Positions 1 to 9,048 of a DNA stretch of 64,000 nucleotides are shown in pieces. The DNA is from Podarcis muralis (Eukaryota): assembly GCF_964188315.1 (NCBI RefSeq), contig NC_135666.1:25978001-26042000 (forward strand). The letters run 5' to 3'. Position 1 is the stretch's first letter; every line of letters starts with the position of its first letter. The notes under the pieces were generated by a model. That model ran no database searches. It was given only the letters and a program-made list of their open reading frames with translations, and had not been told where the DNA came from. A program made the translations under genes and the position numbers.

Positions 1-242
1 AGTAGAGTGCTAATTACTTCTGTTCTCTTGGGCAGAAATAAGTTGAGTCCTTTCAGAAAGCGAAGACAGATGTGACAATTTAAGAGCAGCCAAAGAGGTT
101 CATTGGTGTTTCCCTTCCAAGGCAGGCCCCAGTAAGAAAATTAAAACAGTTGTGTTTATCTTCAGAGAGCTTCGATTTGAATGGGGATAACCTGTTGGTT
201 ACAGGTAGCCTATTGGTTAGTGCCTGTGACGTCACCACATGC

Positions 243-911
243 CCGGGGTTGGGAACCATTTTTCAGCCGAAGGGTTGCATTCTGTTGGAGGATGCCTTCC
301 ATGGGTTGCATGCCTATGGGCTGAAGCCAAACATGGGCATCACCAGAGGCAGAAGTGGGCAGTGCAATGTACCATACTTTCCCATGTATTCCATGATTTT
401 TTACTCTAAATTAATGTTTAAAAATGGGGGTTGTCTTATACATAGATAGTGCATAGGCGGACGGGTGATTGGTTGCAGCTACGAGCTGCAGCTTGTCAGC
501 GGTGATTTGGTGGGTGATTGGTGGCTGCGGGAAAGGCTGCTGTGGATTGGCTGCTGCTGCGGTAAGTGGGTGGTTGATTTGTTGGTGTGGCAATGGCTGC
601 TGTGGATTGGCTGCTGCTGCAACAATTGGACGTGGTGAACAGGCAGGCGCTTGTTTGCTTTTGCAACACGAGTGATTGTCAGTGTTTATCTGTCGGGTTA
701 GTGATTTTCTGCATTCCCCCAAATAAAGCTCAACAACTTCAGCCATCTCCCCCTATTTTCTTAAATTTGAGTCCCCAAATTTACAATATTTACAAATATA
801 CACGGAAAATATGGTATGTGGCTGTTGCCTTTTGCACAGTAGCCATGCAAAAGCCAGAGGTTTCTACATACCAGGTGCGGGATGGCCTGGGCTGAGGTTC
901 CCTAACACCTG
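243..911. mobile_element. hAT-type MITE interrupted by a nested Tc1/mariner MITE
   Basis: Degenerate TIRs CCGGGGTTGGGAACC (243) and AGGTTCCCTAACACCTG (to 911). Flanking 8-mers CCACATGC / TTACATGC match 6/8 (decayed TSD). Confidence 0.55.
372..814. mobile_element. Tc1/mariner (Tigger/pogo-like) MITE
   Basis: TIRs CCATACTTTCCCATGTAT / ATATACACGGAAAATATGG flanked by TA on both sides (370-371, 815-816). Internal exact 26-bp repeat at 535-560 and 595-620. Confidence 0.65.
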
Positions 912-2563
912 TTACATGCCTTTCCTCCTCCAAATCCAGGAACCGTTTGACAACTGCTCTTTAAATGTTTGTGAGTGCCTTCTGTAAGGTGATGTACGCA
1001 TCAGGAGTGAGCGACATTTTTGCTACTGAGGGCTGCGTACCCTCAAAGGAGAACTGTCTGGGGGCAGAGCCATGGCAGGCAGGGCTGGTCTCCCACAAAT
1101 GCTTTCTCTCTTAAGATCATCATTACAGCACACTCTTTGACTCCCACACCTGCCGTGATCCATCCATCCATTTGCACACACATCAATTGCGCACATACAC
1201 AAACCCACAAAAGGGACATTTTTGGATGCCTTTTTGACACACAGATCCAAGTTGAATTCACACTTTCGAAGAGCCCAACTCTCCCTGCCTGTGTGTAGAC
1301 AAGTGAGGCTATGGGACCAGAATCTGTGAAAGTCCATCTTAAATGAAAGGCACCATTCACTATCTTTCCTTCTTGAGGGCTGCTAGGGGCCTGAGAAGCT
1401 GCCAAGTCAGATGTTTGGTCTTATCTAACTCAGTACTGTTGACGCTGACTATCAGCAACTCTCCAGGGTTTGAGGCAGGCATCTTTCTGATCCCTGTCTG
1501 GAATTGCATACCTTCCAAGTGCCCCGTTCAAAATGGGACATCCCATTCTTTCATGCGAGATCTCGGCAGCCATTTTGGATGTTGTAATCTTGCGCGCTCT
1601 CATGGTGCGCTCCCCTCAAAAAAGCGCTTTTGGGGGAGGGGCAAGAGCAATGTGCGGGTCATGTGACTCACCTGGGAGCACGTCCTGGAAGACACATGTC
1701 CCAATTTGGGGCTTGAAAAAGTTGGACAGTACGGAATTGTCAGGGGTTGAACCTATGACCTTCTGCGTGCAAAGTAGTTTCTCCACCACTGAGCTATGTC
1801 CCTTATGAAATACTAAAACCCCAATATGGAGACCACTAACTGTTTCACATGATACACATAACATTTGAAAGATTCTTATTCCCTGCACTGGCCCAGAGAC
1901 ATGCAGACTCTGCAATCTAGCATTGTGTATCCACCATCTGGGGATGGTGGCTGTGTTGATTTGCAAGTGTGGCATGTATAGACAACAGCACCCAGCAGGG
2001 GTAAGAAACTTTTATTTAATTGTTATGCCCACTGCATGGAGAACATGCTCTGACAGTCTCCCCAAAGGGGAACCTTCCATTTCAATCAGAAGCACAAACA
2101 TCACCACTGAAATTAATATGGAAGTGAAAAAGGTACTTATCCTACTGCCATTGGAAAAGGTAAATTATTCTCACCCACTTCTGCAAAGCTCTTGGGCACG
2201 GCAAACAATTTATTTTGTCCTAAAGCTCAACTCCGTTGCAATAGTTGTACACAGACAATGCAACTTTGCTAGCAACTTGGCTTCACTCCGTAGATATTTT
2301 CTCTTCGAATCTGTAGTGAAAGAGCAGATAATGCAAAAAATAAATATGTAAATCTTATTTTTCCTTCCAAAAAAGAAAAGACAGATATATTATTTAATTC
2401 TCTTCAAAGTGTCAAGCCTTCCTTAAGCATGAATGAAAGATTGGGCCTCTGTGCAGGTGTTTGAAATCAGGAGTAATCTTGCCATCTAAAAGCCATTCAT
2501 TTTGCCAACAGGATACATTCTGGATTGACCCTTGACCTCCCTGCTGGTGTTCTTTTGTTACAG

Positions 2564-2656
2564 GCCTTGCGCGTGCTGAGCTGCGATTACAAGATGGAAA
2601 ATGAAACTAGAATGGTGATTTGTGACCTTGGGAACCCCATGGCAGCTGGAACAAAT
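2564..2656 (+). CDS. ITGA8: Integrin alpha-8, coding exon (human exon 21 equivalent), [31 protein letters not shown]
   Basis: cag|GCC acceptor, AAT|gtaag donor, 93 nt. Matches recalled human [31 protein letters not shown]. Confidence 0.96.
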
Positions 2657-3599
2657 GTAAGACAACACCAGAAACGTTTGCTGATTTTTATCAAATTGAA
2701 TTGTTTGGGGGAGTTAATGGAAAACTGCCTCAATTAGGGGAATTTGTGTCAATAAGAAGCAGCTTAAAAAATAGATATATTTGGCCAGGAAATGGTTCGT
2801 ATAATAGAAGACAGCATTACATTATATTTTAAAAAAGATAATAGTCTGATTGGTTAACTTATTTATGAACCAGGCCACAATCCATTTGAAGTAATCAGCT
2901 CATATTCTGGCAAATTAATTGTACCTGAGTACTTAAGTGCACACTTGTCTGATTGCTTTCACTGAGATTTAGACTCCAGTCCTATCCATTTGCCTGATAA
3001 TAAACCCATTGAACTCTAAGCCTCACTTAATACTGTACATTGTATAATCCTTGACAATGCAATCCTTTACATGTCTATTCAGAAGACATGTGAAAAATGG
3101 CACTGTCAAGGATTATTCCAACATACTCTGGCTTACATCACTTCTGAACAATTACTGAATGTAGGTACATACATCTGATTCGGAAAGGAATGTCTCCACT
3201 AAGGACAATTCACTTGAGAATTTCCACGGTCTGATTATATTATTTGTTTTGTGATGGGTGGAAACACTAAAATACGTTACTCTTGATTGTTATCATGGTT
3301 TTGTTGACATCAGAGTCATCTGAATCACAACTAACATTAGAAGTGCATTTATTTGCAAACAAAAATATGAGTGGAAAAAGCAGCAATTGCTGGTACCCCC
3401 TTGGTATTTTCTGTGATGGGATGGACTTTAAGATCATTATATATGACTGTTGTTGATGTTGTTGTTGTTGTTGTTTTGCTTGAAATGCCAGGGGATATAT
3501 AGATAATTCAAGCAAACTTAATTGCATGTGTTAAAACATGAAAGTGTGTTCACCTATATTTATGGCATTGGGGGAAAATCTATTGATGGATAAGTTCCA

Positions 3600-3925
3600 G
3601 AGAACTGATTATTGGGTTGATTGGAACAGGTCCCCTATGAGGATGGGGTTTTTGTCAATTAAAAAATAGGTGTGTAGGGGGTGGGGAGATGATAGAAGTG
3701 TGCAAAGTTTTTACGCCTTCTCTCATAGTGCTGGAACCTGCAGCTATCCTATGTTGGAAGACTCAGGGCAGCCAAAAGAAGTGTTTCTCCACACAGAGCA
3801 TAGCTAAACTGTTGAATTAACTGCAGACGCTGTAACAACGGCCACCAAATTGGACAGCTTTAAAAGGGGGATAATGAAAATTCATGTAGGATAAAGGCTA
3901 TTAATTGTCATTAGTCCTGATGGCT
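3600..3925 (+). mobile_element. Decayed CR1 LINE 3' fragment
   Basis: Resembles CR1 ORF2 C-terminus/3'UTR (GGGGAGATGATAGAAG..., GCCACCAAATTGGACAGCTTTAAAAGGGG..., TTAGTCCTGATGGCT). Heavily mutated, boundaries approximate. Confidence 0.55.
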
Positions 3926-3984
3926 GTTTACCACATTCACTGTTGTGGGCAGTGTGCCTCTGAATAACGCTTGCTGGGAATTGC

Positions 3985-4161
3985 AAATTGAAATACTTTA
4001 TTGTCACTTGTACAACTTGTATATAGTGAGATTACACAAGCCCCCCCCCAGCTCTCTAAGTCTTAATCCCCCTCGTTTACTGACACACACACACCAAACC
4101 CGAAAGTCACTTGCCCTGTTGTTATCTTATCATTCAGCAGCCTAACAGCCCACAGATAGAA
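3985..4161 (-). mobile_element. Rex1/Babar LINE, extreme 3' end (piece downstream of the hAT insertion)
   Basis: Minus strand encodes FYLWAVRLLND, the RT C-terminal (NSF)YPxAxRLLN motif, then a 3'UTR ending GTGACAATAAAGTATTTC. Confidence 0.8.
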
Positions 4162-4224
4162 CAGTGTTTCCCAACCAGTGTTCCGCGGCACACTAGTGTG
4201 CCGCGAGACGTTGCCTGGTGTGCC

Positions 4225-5200
4225 GTGGGAGGGAGGCGGGCGAGTCAGGCGGTGAGAGGCGGGGCGGCGGCGGCGAGGAGAGGCCGCCCAGCGCGGGGCT
4301 CTCCCCGTCTGCCTGCCTGGCTGCCTGCGTGGCGCTGACGTCACGGGGCTGTAACGTGCCCCACATAGGCACACGCGGGGCAGCGAGCGAGCTCCCTCCC
4401 ACATCCCATCGCCGGCTCTGCACCAGGCGGTAGAGCTCGGCGAAGTCGCCGCGCTGGAAGGCCAGCAGCGCGCGCGCCTTGGCCAGGCTCTCGCCCGCCT
4501 GCGCCTCCAGGCACGGCGCCTCGGCGTCGGGCGGCAGCGAGCCCAGGAAGCGGCCCAGCCGGCCGGGGTCGCCCGCCTGCAGCAGCGCCTCGCACCCGCA
4601 CGAGACCTGCTCCGCCGAGAAGCGCGGCGAGCGCGGAGGATCGGGCGTGGCAGAGGCCAGCCCCGCGCTTGGAGAGGACGCAGCAGCCGTCGCCAAACCC
4701 GATCCTCCTCCTCCTGCTCCGCCGCCGTCCTCTGGCTCTCGGCCGGGAGGAGCCTGCGGCGACGGGGCGGGCGCCGAAGTTGGCGCGCCTCCTCGGCAGC
4801 GCCTTCGTCCTCCTCCTCCTGCCTCTGCTCTCCTCCGGCGGCGGGGGCGCGCCGCCCTCCCCGGCCGGGGGGCTCGGCGGGGCCCGCGGGGAAGGAGGCC
4901 ATGTTCGCAGCGCGCGGGATCGCGGCCCCCCTCGCCCGCCTCCGGCCCACTCCCCTCCCCCTGCGCGCTGCCCTAGCTGTGCGGGTCTCCTCCCCCTGCA
5001 CCGCCGTCCCCTTTCCACATCCTAGGAGCCGCGGTCCGCCTACCGCCCCCGGGCCGCGGCGCGGCTCCCAGCCCGGGCTGGCCTCCGCCTCCTGGGACGC
5101 GCGCCCACCCCCGCGGCCCCCCAAACTTCGGAGCAACTCTCCAGACGCTCCTCCCCCGCCTCGGTCTCCCTCCTTTCCACTTCTCTTCCCCCCTTCCTTC
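4225..5200. promoter_or_regulatory. Ectopic CpG-island-like block inside the hAT cargo, with a palindromic CRE (TGACGTCA 4336-4343) and GC box (GGGGCGG 4261-4267)
   Basis: Very high GC and CpG density compared with the CpG-poor flanking intron. Motifs read directly from the sequence; activity unknown. Confidence 0.6.
4412..4902 (-). pseudogene. SIX5: SIX5 exon-1 fragment (N-terminus plus N-terminal part of the SIX domain), frameshifted and truncated, no homeodomain
   Basis: ATG at 4902 (AACATGG) gives MASFPAGPAEPP...EEARQL, resembling human MATLPAEPSAGP...EEARQL. A different frame at 4621-4412 gives FSAEQVSCGCEALLQAGDPGRLGRFLGSLPP...KARALLAFQRGDFAELYRLVQSR, resembling human SIX5 FSPEQVACVCEALLQAGHAGRLSRFLGALPP...RARALVAFQRGEYAELYRLLESR. 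LLQAG and FQRGE are SIX5-type rather than SIX4-type. Confidence 0.9.
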
Positions 5201-5766
5201 CCTCTTTCTTTCTCTTTCTCTCCCACCCGCCTTTCCTTCTATTAACTTTCCTTTCCCCTCCCTTCGTCCTTCCTACTTTTACTCCTGGGCTCCTCCCCCC
5301 TTTGCGCAGCCACAAATCAATCTCTCTCTCTTTTTTCCCCTCTCTCTCTTCTTTGCTCAGACGCAAAAAAGCGCCGCTTTTTGGAAATCCGGACTGCTGT
5401 CCCCGCTGAAACGATACTTTGAAAAAGGAAGAACCCACTGGCTCTTATTTCTGTTTAAAGCAGTAGATCCCGAACTCTTTTGGCCCACTGCCCCCTTGGT
5501 TCCACATCCCCCAGTGTCCCCTATGCTTACTCTATAGAAAGCATTACAGGGGTTAACGTGGCTCGCTAAGGAAGATATTAATAGAATTCTGCATTTGGGG
5601 GGAGACCCTAACAGTCATCTACCATTACCTTCTATGCTGTTACTATTTTTTATTTTTTTTTTACATAAGTAAAAAGTGACCTTTCCCCATCTGGCATGGT
5701 GGTGTGCCTCGAGATTTTTTTCATGAAACAAGTGTGCCTTTGCCCAAAAAAGGTTGGGAAACACTG

Positions 5767-6215
5767 AGATAGAAGCTGTTCTTTACCTTCTTGGTGCGAC
5801 TAATCATGCTTCTATATCTTCTGCCTGAGGGCAGGAGATCAAGAAAGTGCCAGCCAGGGTGTGAATCATCCCTGAGAATTTTCCTCACTCTCCTGAGGCA
5901 ACGTTCTTCCGCTATTTCATCCAGCAGATTCACGGGACAGCCCATAATATCTTGTGCTGTATTCACCACCCACTGTAAGCACTTCCTATCAGTATATGTC
6001 AAACCAGTGTACCACACCGTGATGCAGTATGAAAGGACACTTTCTATTGTTGACCGGTAGAAGGAGATCATCAGATGTTGATTGACATCGTTCTTCCGCA
6101 ATACTCTGAGGAGATGGAGTCTCTGTTGGGCTTTCTTAACCACCTGGGTTGTATTTATTTACCAAGTAAGGTCTTCACTGAGATAAACTCCTAGGAATTT
6201 AAAGGAAGATTTAAA
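5767..6215 (-). mobile_element. Rex1/Babar LINE reverse-transcriptase C-terminal fragment (5'-truncated, in-frame stop at 6159-6161)
   Basis: [34 protein letters not shown]...FYRSTIESVLSYCITVWY...LLPSGRRYRS...KNSFY, typical of Rex1/Babar RT. Confidence 0.88.
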
Positions 6216-6592
6216 TGGGGGAGAGTGCTGTTGTATTCGGGTCCTGATATCAGGCTTTCCATAATTATATGGTTGATTACTGCAATAACAGGATGCTGGA
6301 CTAAATGGGCCTTTGATCTGACCCCAAAGGGCTCTTTTTATGTTCCCACTTACTAAACTGAGTAAAACGCTGTGCGTTAGTCTCTGTGGAGTTTTATTGG
6401 TGGCATATGTGAACCTCATTTGCCTCTTATTACCAGGAGTGTCAAGGACCAAAAGCCACCTTTAAAAACTGTTGCCACACAGAGGCGTCATCTGCTACTC
6501 ATTAGTACCTTACAACAGGAGTGTAATTTTGTTCTATGTAAAGTCTCAAAGTGAGGCTCATGTGTTGATCATCAGGACTGTAGTGCATATTA

Positions 6593-6726
6593 CCTGTATA
6601 GGGAAGCCTTTTAGTATGTAATGTTTTATTGTGTTTTTATATATGTTGGAAGCTGCCCAGAGTGGCTGGGGCAACTCAGTTAGATGGGCAGGGTACAAAT
6701 AAAAAAGTAAAAATAAAATAAAATAA

Positions 6727-6775
<49 letters not shown>

Positions 6776-7080
6776 TTTCCCCAGCCACTCTGGGCAGCTC
6801 CCAACAGAATATTAAAAACACAATAAAACATCAAACATTAAAAACTTCCCTAAACAGGGCTGCCTTCAGAAGTCTTCTAAAAGTCAGATAGTTGTTTATT
6901 TCCTTGACATCTGATGAGAGTGTTCCACAGGGCGAGCACCACTACTGAGAAGACCCTCTGCCTGGTTCCCTCACTTCTCGCAGTGAGGGGACTGCTGGAA
7001 GGCCCTCAGAGCTGGACCGTAAGTGTCTGGGCTGGATGATGGGGGTAGAGACACTTCTTCAGGTATACTGGTCCAAGGCC
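6593..7080. mobile_element. Two L2-type LINE 3' ends arranged tail-to-tail around a (TA)n tract
   Basis: + copy about 6593-6730 (GCTGCCCAGAGTGGCTGGGG...GGGCAGGGTACAAATAAA), (TA)n 6731-6772, - copy about 6774-7080 (CCCCAGCCACTCTGGGCAGCTCCCAAC...). Family assignment recalled. Confidence 0.7.
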
Positions 7081-7499
7081 CAGTTATTATTATTACCTAA
7101 GTTATGACTTTTGGGCAGGTGCATTAAAAATATAAGAGCTTGTTGGAACAGGCCAGAGCCCTGTCTAGTCCAGTATCCTGTTCTCATAGAAGCCAACCAG
7201 ATGCCTAAGTGAAGCCTATAAGGATATGAGGACAATTTTTCATTCTCCCTTCTAATTGTATACAGCAAGTCTGGCAATCTTATTTCTTTATGGAAAAGAA
7301 TACCTATTAGCTCTTTATGTAGATGAGCAGGGAGTGGGCAACCACAGTTTGAAGAATTATTTGCACCCCTATACATTGGTATACCTTGCATTTCCAAATG
7401 GCACCATCTAGGGCCAATTTAGACCATCTGAGGGCTATCGCCTTTAAATGTAGTGCAGTCAAATGCTCACAGTTCTAATTAGTGAATTTTGACTCCTAG

Positions 7500-7579
7500 T
7501 TTTCTACAGGCATCCGGTTTACTGTTCAGCGTTTTGAAAATGCCGAATTCAGCATCCAGTTTGAACTGCAAGTGAGAAG
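7500..7579 (+). CDS. ITGA8: Integrin alpha-8 exon (22), FSTGIRFTVQRFENAEFSIQFELQVR-S
   Basis: tag|TTT acceptor, AG|gtaag donor, 80 nt, phase 0 to 2. Homologous to YSLGLRFAVPRLEKTNMSINFDLQIRS. Confidence 0.93.
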
Positions 7580-8967
7580 GTAAGCTGTGATCCAGGAGAC
7601 TCAATCTGAGTATTGAAAAGCGTATGGAGCTGAAAGAGGAAGTAGGAAAGAGTGCTACTTTCCTAACTTCCTCCTTTAGCCATACGTAGTTTTCAAGGGA
7701 GAAAAAGGTAATCACATTCACCACCTCATGACCAAGTTGCTGGTGGGTGTGTGCATGTTAAAGGCTTTAGGAGCACCAAGAAAAACCTCAAGGGTACCGT
7801 TAAGGTGCCATGCTGGTAATTTCTGCTCTATAGTGTGTATTTAGCAGAGGGGTAAGAAATAAAATTTCTTTTTCTTACCTTGAAAGGGTAGGAAAGCCTC
7901 CAAAAGATAGTTTCTTTCCTCCAGAGATTCTCCATCATTCTCAGCAGTAACAAAGGAATGGTCAAAGCAAAGTTTACAAAGCAGAAGGCGGTTTATTACT
8001 AGTCCAGTCCACATGTCCATGAATTTGGTGCAGTTGCTACAGAAGGAAAGATTACTGGATAAGAGACATATGTCATGGGGCTTTTCCAAAGAGCAGCTAT
8101 CATCACTCTAGATGTCTTTCCTAACCACATCACAAGATCAGTCTTCAGAAGTCCTGAGTTTTGTTGCATTACTGGAACATGTAATCTGATTACTATCATA
8201 GTAAATATATTTTCATGTTGATATAATAATATATAGGTACTTGAAGTAGAAATGAGACATATTTCTTTATTTAATTAAATGTGTGCCTCTTTTGTTAGCA
8301 TTTTTAAAACTTGTGAAATCAGCCTGTATGAGTAGTCAGGAGTGTGGTTAGAGCTGTGATTTCTCTCTACACAAAGTAACTCTGGAATAAACTGGTAGAT
8401 TACAAAGATTACAAAGCATGTGGTATATTACAAAGACTGAAGCTAATGCAACAGGTGATTTTTCCAGGTGTTCTGCTTGCCAGCTCGGTGGTGCATAGAC
8501 CCTCTGGAAATATTTCTATACTCTTCAAAGTATGGCACAAATGCTCTCTCTCTTATTTCTAATATTTCTTCCTTTTCATTGAGGAATGATAATCGCTACT
8601 CCTTGATCCATGTCACCTCTCTTAGCAATTGACCAATAATGTTGGAAGGAAGGTTTTATAACCTATATCCTATTTTGGGTAGGTTATTATTAGGATATTG
8701 GGAGAAGAATGTGGAGGAAGAACCACTTCCTTCAGAGTTATCAATATACATGTGACGTTTCCTTGTTTCATGAAGACCCAGGCCTTATCTGTTATTCCAA
8801 TGGCCCCAGACAGTTGGGTGCATCTTCCACTACCCTGCTCCATCTCTCAAAGAGAGAATTGTTAATTTGATAAGTGCTATAGCCCTGAGCACGATAGGCT
8901 TAAGCAAAAAATGCTTTCAGGTTTATATATGTGAAACATAATTAACCTTTGCACAAATTTCTTTTAG

Positions 8968-9048
8968 TTCCAACAAGGTTAATCCCAACAGTAATCTGGT
9001 TGACCTTCAGATCAACATAAGTGCAGTAGCTCAAGTACAGGTCAGAGG
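8968..9048 (+). CDS. ITGA8: Integrin alpha-8 exon (23), S-SNKVNPNSNLVDLQINISAVAQVQVR-G
   Basis: ttttag|T acceptor, GG|gtaag donor, 81 nt, phase 2 to 2. Confidence 0.96.

Larger units (their letters stand above)
4162..5766. mobile_element. Non-autonomous hAT (Buster/Charlie-type) DNA transposon carrying a captured SIX5 gene fragment (Pack-hAT)
   Basis: Perfect 15-bp TIR CAGTGTTTCCCAACC at 4162-4176 and its reverse complement at 5752-5766. Perfect 8-bp TSD AGATAGAA at 4154-4161 and 5767-5774 (nnnTAnnn). Subterminal GTGTGCC/GGCACAC motifs at both ends. No transposase ORF. Confidence 0.93.

Noticed and set aside
1-2563. ITGA8 exon 20
   Set aside because: No segment encoding the expected GDEN...NARNEGEGAYEAEL sequence was found; it is presumably upstream of the window.
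4193-4696. The 167-aa ORF as a functional SIX5 gene
   Set aside because: It starts at TTG, is out of frame with the true ATG at 4902, is truncated mid-SIX-domain, has no homeodomain or downstream exons, and is enclosed by transposon TIRs and a TSD.
4218-5438. Many overlapping long Arg/Gly/Pro-rich ORFs on both strands
   Set aside because: Expected by-product of very GC-rich, stop-poor sequence; no recognisable domains apart from the SIX5 frames.
8669-8678. CArG box CCTATTTTGG in an SRF/myocardin-regulated gene
   Set aside because: At this base composition several CC(A/T)6GG matches are expected by chance in 64 kb, and no conservation evidence is available.
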